DNA from: Eledone cirrhosa
Taxonomy: Eukaryota
DNA: 64,000 bases
Assembly (NCBI GenBank): GCA_964016885.1
Contig: OZ024765.1
Span: forward strand, 4,092,001 to 4,156,000
Direction of reading: 5' to 3'
Shown here: in pieces, positions 1 through 55,487 of the stretch
How positions within the stretch are numbered: the first letter of the stretch is position 1
How the letters are laid out: every line of letters begins with the position of its first letter
Notes under the pieces: generated by a model
Databases searched by the model: none
What the model saw: the letters and a program-made list of their open reading frames with translations, nothing else
Told to the model about the DNA's origin: nothing
Program-made: the position numbers and the translations under genes

Positions 1-1
1 C

Positions 2-243
2 CGTCCCATTCAAAAATCTAAATCGCAACTCATAACAACAATACGGCACAATTATTTCACCTCAATCAGCCCTGCTCTCTTCAACATCACACCAGGACAC
101 GTCAAAACAGAAACTGACCACACAAAATTCAAGAAGTCTTTGGACAAATTCCTCCAAGTAATCCCGGACAAACCACCCACACCCGGATATGTCTCCGCAA
201 ACAGTAATTCTTTTCTCGAATGGGCCATGGTGCCCAAATCCTG
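2..243 (+). mobile_element. CR1-group LINE ORF2 C-terminal relic
   Basis: Frame 2 reads ...PALFNITPGHVK...[32 protein letters not shown]...*, a typical CR1-clade ORF2 end. Confidence 0.65.
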
Positions 244-325
244 AATTGAAAGACTTCGCCAGGTGGTGCTATTAAGTTAGACATGGCCTGGGCCAATACT
301 GGCCAAAACATTTCAAAGTTATATA

Positions 326-372
<47 letters not shown>

Positions 373-1812
373 GTATATATATATATGTATATATATATAT
401 ATGTATATATATAAATATATACATATATACATATATATGTAAATGTATATATATACGTATTTACATATATATATATATGTGTGTGTGTGTGTATTATGTG
501 GGTCTCAATATGTAAACTAAATGAAAGACAACAAAACGAAGAGTCTACTGAATGCTAGAAATGGCAGCCACTGAAATATTATAAATAATGATAGTTTTAG
601 TGGTTAAACAACACTCAAATATATGCCATATTCAACAGTTTACCCTACAATACCTTACAAAACTGATGAAAAACCTCTTCAGCGGTTAAAAATACTATGT
701 ATGTATGTATGCACATGTGTACATGTATGTGCATATGTAGATATGTGTGTATGTATATATGTGTATGCATATGTATGCATATGTGTGGGGACATAGAAAT
801 AGTCGGGCTGGATACTTGTAGTATGGTAGTAATATAGTAATAGTATGGTAGTAATATAGTAATAGTATGGTAGTAATACAATAATAGTAAGGTAGTAATA
901 TAATAGTATGGTAGTAATATAATAGTATGGAAGTAATATAATTGTTTCTACTTTAGGCACAAGGCCAGCAATTACCCAGTGCATTACTGGTACTTTATTT
1001 TATCGACCCCGTAAGGATGAAAGGCAAAGTCAACCTCGGCGGGATTTGAACTCAGATCGTTAAATAATAAAACCTAATTATAAAATAAAAATATATTTTT
1101 AAAACGGAGGCCCTGAGGGTATGTAGCCCTAAGCTATAGCTTCCTGATAAATCTAGCACTGAGTGATCTACATGATAAACTATCACCCAGTACATAACTG
1201 TAAAGTGGTTGGTGATAGGAAGGGTATCCAACTCTAGTAAACTCACCAAAGGGTTAGGAAGGCTCTTCAACTATGGAAGGACATGGGGTCGTCCCTACTG
1301 TTGCTGCCATCATAAAATGCATGCAGTCTGTGATAACGTCCAGCCCTCATTAGCAGAGAAAAGTGCTTGAAAGAATAACGATGATAATATATATATAAAT
1401 ATATCATCATCATCATTTTACATCCGCTTTTCCCTGCTTGCAAGGGTGGGACGGGAACTGATTCTGGCTTGATTTCTACAGCTGGATGCCCTTCCTAACA
1501 CCAACCTCATTTACAGTGAGTGCTGGGTGCTTTTTTGCCATGGCACCTCCACGACCACTTTGCAGTGGAATGATAGGGACCCCAGTCCCTATCATCTCAT
1601 TTCTACAGCTGAGTAAACTGGAGCAATGTGAAATAAAGTGTCTTGCTCAAGGAAACAACACATCACCTGGTCTGAGAATTGAACTCACAACCTTTCAATT
1701 GCAAGCCCAATGCTCTAACCACTAAGCCATGTGCCTCCATGTATATATATATATCTATGTCTTTTCAATTGTGTCTACATGCAAATAGAGCTATATTTTA
1801 CCTTTGCTATAT

Positions 1813-1843
<31 letters not shown>

Positions 1844-2384
1844 GCTCCATAAGCTATAGTGTGGGCAACCCGTCTAGGAGAGCTACCACACCGAATAAAT
1901 TGGAGCGGGATGGAGAAGTCCCCTAGGTCCAGTAAGATGACCTCCCTAGAGCTGGTGGCACGAATAAAAGCACCTGGTCCATGCTGTAAAATGGAGGAAA
2001 TGGTAGTAGCATTCAGCTATTAGAAACCATGCTACACTATGGGGTGGCGGAGCCCCCTAAGTCCAGTAAGACAACCTCTCTAGTGCTGGTGGCACAAATA
2101 AAACCACCCAGTCCATTCTGCTAGAGAGGAAACAATTGATTAAGGATGTAGATTGATATCAAGGCCATGGTACTTATGTTTGTCCTTTCTAATCAGAATT
2201 ACTCTCCTAAACAGGTTGCCCTCACTACAGCTTACAGAACCCACATCTGCCCCATGCAATCATTTTTAATTGGAATCACTGCTCTCTTAGACAGGTTGCC
2301 TTCACTATGGCTTATGGCACCTACATCTATCTTGTGAACAGTTAATGAAATAAAATTAAAATAAGAAAACAACACATGTAAAGT

Positions 2385-2394
2385 TTTATTTATT
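2385..2394 (-). terminator. Candidate XPD polyadenylation signal (overlapping AATAAA x2)
   Basis: Plus-strand TTTATTTATT. A GU/U-rich tract lies about 25-45 nt downstream on the minus strand. Implies a 3'UTR of about 0.9 kb. Confidence 0.5.
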
Positions 2395-2592
2395 GAGATT
2401 TGGTTGGAAGTTTAAAGTGGTTTGTGTTCAATTATACTGAATAATATCCTGGGGAAATACATCAACATCACAACATCACATTCTGTTCCTTCTTAAAGAC
2501 ACGGTGAAGGAAAAATATTAACAAAAACCTTCTTGTGACTGTTTCATTTATTATTGCTACTTATATACTCAAATAGACTGTGTGTGTGTATG

Positions 2593-2710
<118 letters not shown>

Positions 2711-2867
2711 TATTGGTGCTCTGAAATAGTGATGTATACATGAATGTATGTATAATATATTTGGCAATATACTGTATGTTTAATTAAAAACATTTAGAAG
2801 ACTATTCGCTATTAGTTTTAAAGTAGTGACTAAGTCACTAACTTATTCTCAGTAAAAACAAGGGGGA

Positions 2868-2913
2868 GTGATAGACAGTCTGTTTCTCGCTTGTTACTGT
2901 TTATCAAGACCAC
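2868..2913 (-). ncRNA. Degenerate U3-A8 hammerhead motif in predicted XPD 3'UTR
   Basis: GUGGUC-UUGAUAA-ACAGU aaca AGCGA-GAAA-CAGACUG-UC^UAUCAC; stem II is mismatched. Confidence 0.45.
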
Positions 2914-3306
2914 TCACTCTCTTGCCTCTGCCGAGGGTTATAGAAGCTGGATTCTTATAGAATTCCAGCAATATTTAAGAGTTGATTAGTCACTACTTTA
3001 AAACTCATAGAGAATGGTCTTCAAAGTGTTTGTTCCTAAGTTGATATCCCTGAGGAATTCTTGCTGGCAATGGAGTCATTTATATTCTGAATAACTCTGG
3101 TGAGATGGACAGACACACTGACAGATGGTGGTTGTGGAGCTGATAGTGATGATGGTGGTGGTGTGGCTGATAGTGATGGTGGTGGGGCTGATAGTGATGA
3201 TGATGGTGGTAATGATAGTGATAGTGGTGGTGGTGGTTGTAGGGCTGGTAGTGATGATGGTGGTGGTGGTAGTGATGGTGGCAGGTATGTCAAAAAAACA
3301 CATTTT

Positions 3307-45443
<42,137 letters not shown>

Positions 45444-45620
45444 TGTTTTGGTGCCGGGTTTCCGAAGTTCAGTTGTAAAAGTAACATGAAAGCCTAAGAC
45501 ACCGGTTCGAACAATAGCAAAAAATGCCTGGGTTAACCGGAAGTTGTCTTCTGGAAACGGTGTCAGATGAGATGTGTACCTAGTTTAAAATAAAATCGAA
45601 CCTGAACCTAGTTCCAAAAT
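45444..45620 (-). promoter_or_regulatory. Putative XPD 5'UTR / core promoter
   Basis: Unique, locally CpG-rich sequence directly upstream of the ATG, with an ETS-type CCGGAAGT motif at 45537-45544. Confidence 0.5.
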
Positions 45621-45915
45621 CACAACACGCTGGCTAGTGATTAAGGCACAAGGCCAGCAATTTGGGGGAAGTGAAAAACGATTATATCAACCCATGTGCA
45701 TAACTGGTACTTTAATTTATTGAGTTCAGAAGGATGAAAGTGAAGTTGACTTTGGTAGGATTTGAACTCAGAACTTAAAGATCCGGAACAAAAACTACTA
45801 AGCATATATATCTATATATATTTCTATATATGTATATATATGGGTGTATATTTATGTATATGTATGTATGTATGTGTATACACACACATATATATAGTCT
45901 TTCTATTATCTGATG

Positions 45916-48318
45916 AGATGAAAACTAGGAGTAGACAAATGGCTTGTGAGAATAGTAGAAGCCGTGTATAGAAGAACAGTCAGCAAAGTCAGAATTAAAA
46001 ATGACTATAACGAAGAATTTAGCATGCAAGTTGGTGTCCATCAGGGCTCAATTCTTAGCCCTCTCCTGTTTATTATCATTCTGCAGGCAATAACGGAGGA
46101 GTTTAAGACTGGATACCCATGGGAACTTCTCTATACAGATGACATAACCCTTATAGTCAGATCTATAGCTGAATTAGAGATGAAATTCCAAACGTGGAAG
46201 CACAGCCTAGACCCTAAAGGTTTTAAAGTCAACCTGGCAAAGACTGAAGTACTAGTAAGTAGGAAGGTTAACAGGGCTCAGATCTCCTCTAGGAAATAGC
46301 CCTCCTCTGTGTGCAGAAAAAGACTAGGTAGAGATTCTATTCTATGCCCCAAATGTAAGCAATGGGTACACAAGAGATGTAGTGGGATCTCAGGCAAGCT
46401 AACAAAGAACGTAGATTTTACATGTGGCCAGTGCACAGGGGCAGTAAGTAGCAAGAGCTCTCAGGTTACAATCACCTTCAAATGCTCAGAGGGCTCAGTA
46501 GCAGTGGTAGATAGTTTATGTTACCTGGGTGACCAAATCAGTAGTGGGGGAATGTGTTCCAAAAGCACAGTAACCAGAGTGGGATCGGGTTGGAGAAAGT
46601 TCAGGAAGCTACTACCGCTGCTAACTACAAAAGGTTTTTCCCTCAAAATGAAAGGCAGACTGTATGATGCATGTATCTGAACAACACTGTTGCATAGCAG
46701 TGAGATCTGGGCACTGTGTGCAAAGGACCTGCAACGATTGGAAAAAAATGAAGCCTCCATACTTGGATGGATGTACAATAGCAATATATGTGAACAGCAA
46801 AGCATAAATGAACTGGGCCTAACGAATTAAACGAATTAGGCCTAAGAGGGATCAGATGCAGTGTACAGGAGAGGATATTGTGATGGTATGGGCATGTGAT
46901 ATATATGAAGAACAACAGCTATATAAAAAGGTACAGAGCACTCAAAGTTGATGGTAGCCATGGAGTAGGCAGGCCTAGGAAGACTTGGGTTGAGGTGTTA
47001 AAAGCTGACTTTGCACAATTAACCCTCTCTAAGGTGATGACACATGACTGAGAACTCTGGCCCATTGCAGTACTTCAGAAGACCCACCCTCCCATATTCT
47101 CAAGCTGAGTTATATATTTAGTAGGCAACATCTTCCCCTACAATCTCTCCTCCCATACACCTCCCTTGCTGTAATCATCCCACCCCTATACCTATGTCCC
47201 CAATTCCCCAGGCATCTTTCCACTCCAACCCCCACCCAAGTCCCCATCCCATACCATAAAGTAATTGCCCCTGAATTACGACAAAAGCGCCCAGCCCACA
47301 CTGTAAAGTGGTCATGTAGGTGTTATGAGAAAAAGCACCCAGCCCACACTGTAAAGTGGCTGTGTAGGTGTTATGACAAAAAGCACCCAGCCCACACTGT
47401 AAAGTGGTTGTGAAGGTGTTATGACAAAAAGCACCCAGCCCACACTGTAAAGTGGTCATGTAGGTGTTATGACAAAAGGCACCCAGCCCACACTGTAAAG
47501 TGGCTGTGTAGGTGTTATGACAAAAAGCACCCAGCCCACACTGTAAAGTGGTTGTGAAGGTGTTATGACAAAAAGCACCCAGCCCACACTGTAAAGTGGT
47601 CATGTAGGTGTTATGACAAAAAGCACCCAGCCCACACTGTAAAGTGGCTGTGTAGGTGTTATGACAAAAAGTGTCCAGCCCACACTGTAAAGTGGTTGTG
47701 TAGGTGTTATGACAAAAAGCACCCAGTCCACACTATAAAGTGGTCATGTAGGTGTTATGACAAAAAGTGTCCAGCCCACACTGTAAAGTGGTCCTGTAGG
47801 TGTTATGACAAAAAGTGTCCAGCCCACACTGTAAAGTGGTTGTGTAGGTGTTATGACAAAAAGTGTCCAGCCCACACTGTAAAGTGGTCCTGTAGGTGTT
47901 ATGACAAAAAGTGTCCAGCCCACACTGTAAAGCGGTTGTGTAGGTGTTATGACAAAAAGTGTCCAGCCCACACTGTAAAGTGGTTGTGTAGGTGTTATGA
48001 CAAAAAGTGTCCAGCCCACACTGTAAAGTGGTCCTGTAGGTGTTATGACAAAAAGTGTCCAGCCCACACTGTAAAGTGGTTGTATAGGTGTTATGACAAA
48101 AAGTGTCCAGCCCACACTGTAAAGTGGTTGTGTAGGTGTTATGACAAAAAGCACACAGTACATATGGTGGCATTAGGAAGGGCTTCCATCTGTAGAAATC
48201 TAGCCAGAAACAGTTCCATATGAGTAAGACACGATCAATTGACCAAACTTGCCTCAAATGGGACAACCAGTCTAATCCATGCTAGTGTGGAAATTGGATG
48301 TTAAACGATGATGATGAT
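45916..48318 (+). mobile_element. 5'-truncated, frameshifted RTE-clade LINE with a 48-bp minisatellite in its 3'UTR
   Basis: RT motifs VGVHQGSILSPLLF and ELLYTDD, Cys-rich CxxCxQWVHKRC, GRPRKTW, then the repeat array and a (GAT)n tail. Confidence 0.88.
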
Positions 48319-48929
48319 ATATATATACATACATATGGGGGGGGGGGGGGGCATTTTATATTCTGATTCCACATATTGCTTGGTGTTCATTTTGGTGTGA
48401 GCAATAAATTAACAAATTTTTTAAAGTATAGCCCCCCCCCCCCCCAACCCCAATTCTGTGTTTTGAATACTGAAAATTTAAGGAACTGTAAACTTGTTTT
48501 AATGCTATTAACTTTGTATTGGTTAAATATTACCTATATAACTTTTTATGAATTATATGCCCCCCCCCCCCCCAAATAAAATAGTTATTGTTGGAATCTA
48601 TTTATTTATATAGTTTGTATTATTTTTTTTTCTATCAAAAAAGTCTATATTAAGAAAAGCATCATCACCCTAACACCAACCTCATTTACAGTGAGTGCTG
48701 GGTGCTTTTTTGCCGTGGCACCTCCACGTCCACTTTGCAGTGGAATGCTATGGACCCCAGTCCCTATCATCTCATTTCTACAGCTGAGTAAACTGGAGCA
48801 ATGTGAAATAAAGTGTCTTGCTCAAGGAAACAACACATCACCTGGCCTGAGAATTGAACTCACAACCTTTCGATTGCAAGGCCAATGCTCTAACCACTAA
48901 GCCATGTGTCTCCATGTACCATATACAAA

Positions 48930-49340
48930 CAATTACTTGTTCCTTCATGTAACTTTGGGTGAAATTTAATCCAGAACCAGCTTGAAGCATAAACTTGTGT
49001 TATGATTTTAACAAGATCCATAAGATTCTCTTTGGGATTTTTTTACGAAACATATAAGCGAAGAATTCTGTTTGCACATTTTAAACACCTTGCATGATGG
49101 ATTTTACCAGGTGATCTTGCTGCTCATTGCTCAGAAACAAACCCTGTCTCAATAGTGAGGCGCATTCATACAGATATTTTTGATCCGAGCTTAAAGTATC
49201 AACAACTTCTAATGGCAATTCCTTCATTTTAGTTTTTACTGGAGAAAATTTGATTATCTTTAAGTTTGTTAAATCTTCTTTAATTTTATTGCCAATTAAG
49301 CCTTTTCATGTTGGTGGTCCTGTTGTTTTTCAATCTATGA
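48930..49340 (-). mobile_element. Degenerate DNA transposase fragment (probably hAT superfamily)
   Basis: LSSDQKYLYE...SPGKIHHARCLKCANRILRLYVS*...VYASSWFWIK; contains stops and a frameshift. Confidence 0.6.
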
Positions 49341-49550
49341 ATTCAAATACCTCTTGAAATGGAAGCCCATTTGTATGTAGCAGGCCACTGAGAAGCATAA
49401 GAACTGTGAAATCGGTAAAGGAAACAAATAAATATTCTTAAAAAGACTCCAGGTGCATTTTTGATTTCTTTTCCTTATTATACTTTCACCTCTGTAGGAC
49501 ATCTCGTTTATTTTTTCTTTTTCTTTTGTGTTTTTAAAAAAAAACCCCTC

Positions 49551-49618
<68 letters not shown>

Positions 49619-49633
49619 CTGTGAGTGCATTTT

Positions 49634-49673
<40 letters not shown>

Positions 49674-50210
49674 AAATGCACACACATACACACACATATA
49701 TATACACATATTTATGTATATTCAGTGGAAACAGAAAGAAGTGTTGCTTTTATAGAATTCACCCCTTTAAGATGGTTTTTTTTTAAAAATATTTTTTAGA
49801 TCATCTCTCAACGCTACAAAAACTTTCATTTAGATTTATTTAGTTTAGCTTTGTTTAGCTCTGTTGTTTTTTGTCTAACATGAACAACAACATCAATGAA
49901 TCATAGTAAAAGATTGAGCCTTGTTTTGTTCTAACAATCTAAACAAGGCTGCCAAGATGTCTGAAAATGAATTAGAAGAAATGCTATTTACCAAATGAAG
50001 GCCTGGAATTCAATGATCTTAAAATAATAAATGTTGCCAGCTGGTAAATGCTATGTAAAAGAATAGCGACATTTGAGATATTAGACTGGATAGACTGGAC
50101 TTAGGCAGGGATAATATATATGTGTATGTATGTGTGTGCAAGTATGTGTATACATATATATAGAGAAGTATGTATGTATGTATGTATGTATGTATATATA
50201 TGTATATATG

Positions 50211-50265
<55 letters not shown>

Positions 50266-51429
50266 TTGAGGTCAAAAAGTCAGTATTTCAGTGAAAATTT
50301 GTAATAGGGTGTGCATGTGTGTATGTATATATATATACACATATATGTATGTATATGTGTGTGTGTACATATATATATATATCTATATATATATCTATAT
50401 CTATATATATGTACACACACGCACAAATATATATAAATATATTTATATATATATATTCATACACACACACACAAATATATATAAATATATTTATATATAT
50501 ATATTCATACATACACACACACAAATATATATAAATATATTTATATATATATATTCATACACACACACACAAATATATATAAATATATTTATATATATAT
50601 ATTCATACACACACACACAAATATATATAAATATATTTATATATATATATTCATACACACATGCACAAATATATATATATATGTACACACACATGCACAC
50701 ACAATCAGACTGACCCCCACACCCATGTCTGTGCATTAGTCTGATTGAAGAGAAGACAACACCCAGCCCAAATAATTGGTAAAACTAAAATAAAATACAA
50801 TGCCCGTCCCGTCCCCACCCCACCAAAACTTCATAAAAAGTAGTAAATGGGTAGGATAAAAGATATCAGTTATTCTGGGGAAATTTATTGCATTGTATCC
50901 TTGATGGACTGTATTTCAGGGTGGGGGAGACACACACATACCTACATATATATATATATATATATATCTATGTATATATACATAGATATACATAGATATA
51001 TGTATATATATAGATATATATGTATATACATAGATATATATGTATATATATAGATATATATGTATATACATAGATATATATGTATATACATAGATATATA
51101 TGTATATATATAGATATATATGTATATACATAGATATATATGTATATACATAGATATATATGTATATACATAGATATATATGTATATATATAGATATATA
51201 TGTATATATATAGATATATATGTATATACATAGATATATATGTATATATATCAATGTATATATACATAGATATATATGTATATATATCAATGTATATATA
51301 CATAGATATATATGTATATATATCAATGTATATATACATAGATATATATATATATGTACATAGATATATACGTATATATATCAATGTATATATACATATA
51401 TGTACATAGATATATATGTATATATATCA

Positions 51430-51479
<50 letters not shown>

Positions 51480-51933
51480 ATGTATATATATACATAGATA
51501 TACATATATATATATCAATGTATATATACATAGATATACATAGATATATATATATATATGTACATAGATATATATGTATGTATACATAGATATACATAGA
51601 CATATATATATACATAGACATATATATATACATAGACATATATATATACATAGACATATATATACACATAGACATATATATACACATAGACATATATATA
51701 CATAGATATATATGTATATACATAGATATATATGTATATGCATAGATATATATGTATATACATAGATATATATGTATATACATAGATATATATGTATATA
51801 CATAGATATATATGTATATATATATCTATATATATATATAATAATATATATATATATATATATAAACACTTAGACACACAGATATGTACACACTTATGCT
51901 GATGTATGGGATTGTGTGATGGGAGAGAAGCAT

Positions 51934-52019
<86 letters not shown>

Positions 52020-52743
52020 GTATGTATATATATATATACCAAGACACACACACATATTGACACATGCACATATAGACATATACAGAAACACAGATATAGA
52101 CATATACACATGCAGATATATGGGACTGTGTAATACAGGAGACACACACACATTAATACATACATACATATATATACACATATATAGATACACTGACACA
52201 TACTTATTGACATACACAAACCTACAATCACACAATCACACAGATGTACATACACAAACATACACAAAAATTATTTAAATATACAACTGGACTTAACAAT
52301 AAGTCCATTGGTCAAGGAAACAGGACTAAAAACATATATATATATATATATGGAGACACATGGCTTAGTGGTTAGAGCATTGGCCTTGCAATCGAAAGGT
52401 TGTGAGTTCTCAGACCAGGTGATGTGTTGTTTCCTTGAGCAAGACACTTTATTTCACATTGCTCCAGTTTACCCAGCTGTAGAAATGAGATGATAGGACT
52501 AGGGTCCCTATCATTCCACTGTAAAGTGGTCGTGGAGGTGCCATGGAAAAAAAGCACCCAGCACTCACTGTAAATGAGTTTGGTGTTAGGAAGGGCATCC
52601 AGCTGTAGAAATCAAGCCAGAATCAGTTCCCGTCCCACCCTTGCAAGCAGGGAAAAAGCGGACGTAAAATGAAATGATGATGATGATGATGATGATATAT
52701 TAATTCAAAATATTAACAAAATAGATATTCTTGTGATCAATTA

Positions 52744-52810
52744 TATTTTATTATACATATTTCAGAGGTACTGAGTTAAGTTCAACAGTACGTCCTCATC
52801 AGATAAAATA
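52744..52810 (-). ncRNA. Type-I hammerhead motif, long stem II (left arm of palindrome)
   Basis: UAUUUUAU-CUGAUGA-GGAcGUACUG...CAGUACcUCU-GAAA-UAUGUA-UA^AUAAAAUA. Confidence 0.62.
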
Positions 52811-52940
52811 GGATGATGCATGACATACCCTGACATTGTAGATGGTTAAGATTCAGTCATGGTAGATGGTTAAGATTCAGTAATACTACCATAACTTAAT
52901 CTTAACCATCTACTATGTCAGGGTATGTCATGCATCATCC

Positions 52941-53007
52941 TATTTTATCTGATGAGGACGTACTGTTAAACTTAATTCAGTACCTCTGAAATATGTATAA
53001 TAAAATA
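52941..53007 (+). ncRNA. Type-I hammerhead motif, long stem II (right arm of palindrome)
   Basis: 8-bp stem I TATTTTAT/ATAAAATA, CTGATGA at 52949, GAAA at 52988. Confidence 0.62.
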
Positions 53008-53444
53008 TAATTGATCACAAGAATATCTATTTTGTTAATATTTTGAATTAATATTAATAACTCTGGAAAACCTTTTTTGTTGAGTGCTTCCAATCTATTG
53101 TAAAACTCATTCTTTGATGTATTCATTGAACCTTGTTTAACTTTTAAATATATATTTCGAGGCCGAAACAAATGAGATCGTGTAGGTGTCACGACAAAAA
53201 AACACACAGTCCACGCTGTAATGTGGCCGTGTAGGCAACACGGTAAAAACCTCCCAGACCCACACTGTAAATGTGGTTGGTGTTAGGAAGGGCATCCAAC
53301 TGTAGAAAACCTGCCAGACAGTCCTATGCGAGCAAGACAATCACTCTTGCCTCAAGTGGGACTACCCCCGTCCAAACCCATGCAAGCGTGGAACACGGAC
53401 GTTAAACGTTGATGATGATGATGATGATGATGATGATATACCAC

Positions 53445-54610
53445 AACTTGTTTGACTGTTTTTATAGTCTTCTTCAATAAATCTGTTACTGGTGACATGA
53501 TGAAGTTCTTCCTTCATCTCACCCTGTCTAGCATTGCTTTCTGAATTTCCCCTGCCTCCAAACCCTGTGTCATCTTCAAGAACATCCTTCAGCATGGTAT
53601 TTGGTCTCTCAACTTATCTGCACACACCAGGTTTCCAGAAAATAACTCTGCCAGCAGAGTTTATTGTGATATTTCACATGTCTGTTTCTGGTGACATGAT
53701 GAAGTTCCTCTGCCATCTCACCCTGTCTAGCATTGCTTTCTGAATTTCCCCTGCCTCCAAACCCTGTGTCATCTTCAAGAACATCCTTCAGCATGGTATT
53801 TGGTCTCTCAACTTATCTGCACACACCAGGTTTCCAGAAAATAACTCTGCCAGCAGAGTTTATTGTGATATTTCACATGTCTGTTTCTGGTGACATGATG
53901 AAGTTCCTCTGCCATCTCACCCTGTCTAGCATTGCTGTCTGAATTTCCACTGCTTCCAACCTGGTGTCATCTTCAAGAACATTCTTCAGCAAGGTGGTTG
54001 GTCTCTCAACTTATCTGCACACACCAGGTTTCCAGAAAATAACTCTGCCAGCAGAGTTTATTGTGATATTTCACATGTCTGTTTCTGGTGACATGATGAA
54101 GTTCCTCTGCCATCTCACCCTGTCTAGCATTGCTGTCTGAATTTCCACTGCTTCCAACCTGGTGTCATCTTCAAGAACATTCTTCAGCAAGGTGGTTGGT
54201 CTCTCAACTTATCTGCACACACCAGGTTTCCAGAAAATAACTCTGCCAGCAGAGTTTATTGTGATATTTCACATGTCTGTTTCTGGTGACATGATGAAGT
54301 TCCTCTGCCATCTCACCCTGTCTAGCATTGCTGTCTGAATTTCCACTGCTTCCAACCTGGTGTCATCTTCAAGAACATTCTTCAGCAAGGTGGTTGGTCT
54401 CTCAACTTATCTGCACACACCAGGTTTCCAGAAAAGGAATCTGCCAACAGAGTTCCTTATAACATTTCACATGTCCAGCTTATGCAAGCCTCCTACACCT
54501 TCTATAACACTCTGTATTTTAAATATCCCCCCCTCTTCTTCATTTTGCACACATCAGGTTTCCAGAAAAGAACTCTGCCAGCAGAGTTTATAGTGACATT
54601 GTGACATTTC
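53445..54610 (-). repeat. 199-bp tandem array derived from an RTE-like LINE C-terminus
   Basis: Period 199; the minus strand reads ...FWKP...LKNVLEDDTRLEAVEIQTAMLDRVRWQR. Confidence 0.65.
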
Positions 54611-55185
54611 CCATCTGGCTAATGTGAGTTTCCTACACCATATGATGTCAGAAAGGTGAAGGTGTGAGACATAGAGTGATTTATTTATGTGTTTTCCAGG
54701 ATATATTCTAGACCTTTCATAGTTAAAACCCCCCCAAAAAACCCAAAAAACCCCATAAAAACCCAAACCGGCATTGAATCAGTTTGGTTTAAACTAGCAC
54801 CTAAGATAGCAAGATATAAATTTATAGCTTGGTTAAACTTACAAATTGCTGATGCAGCAACAAAGTGTTTGTTTAATTTAAGTTTTGTGCAAAAACATGG
54901 AAAAAAGAAAACGATAAAAAAAAGATAAAAAAAAAAAATCTAAATAAAAAATAAAAAACTAAATAAAAAACTAAAAATCTTCTGCAATAAAGAAAATTCA
55001 AGAGGTTTTATATATTTTATATAAATCATGAACTGAATAATAAATGTAATCCTGGTCTGGATTTAAAAAGAAAATAAAGAGAACAAAACCAATGGAAATT
55101 TTCCAAATTATTCCTCAATAATAGACGCATTCAAAAATATATTTTTTACATGGAAAAAATTTTTAGAGTTATTTTATCTTTACAC

Positions 55186-55416
55186 CACAAATGTCGTTGC
55201 GGATCCACCGTGGACTCTTTCGGCCCCCACCCGCTTTCCTGTTGCTACAGTGCTGGCCGCCTTCCATGCTGCCCTCAACGAGGTCATTAAGCATGTCTTG
55301 GATGCTCCAGGCTTCCCCTCCCGGCTCGAGCCAGTGGGGCTGGACTGAGGGGACGGCAAAAGGCCAGACGGTATGACCATCTTCCCTTTTCGTGGTGGCA
55401 AACCCCTCGTCTGGGA
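55186..55416 (+). mobile_element. CRE-clade non-LTR retrotransposon relic (zinc knuckle + restriction-like endonuclease)
   Basis: [57 protein letters not shown]; contains a frameshift and a stop. Confidence 0.72.
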
Positions 55417-55487
55417 GGAAGAGAAAGAGGTGAGAGAATTCCGGCTGGATATCGCCACTTTAAATGCTAAAGGGTTAAATATACTAT

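Larger units (their letters stand above)
52697..53054. repeat. ~358-bp near-perfect palindrome
   Basis: Arms of ~170 bp with few mismatches; each arm carries a hammerhead motif. Confidence 0.9.
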
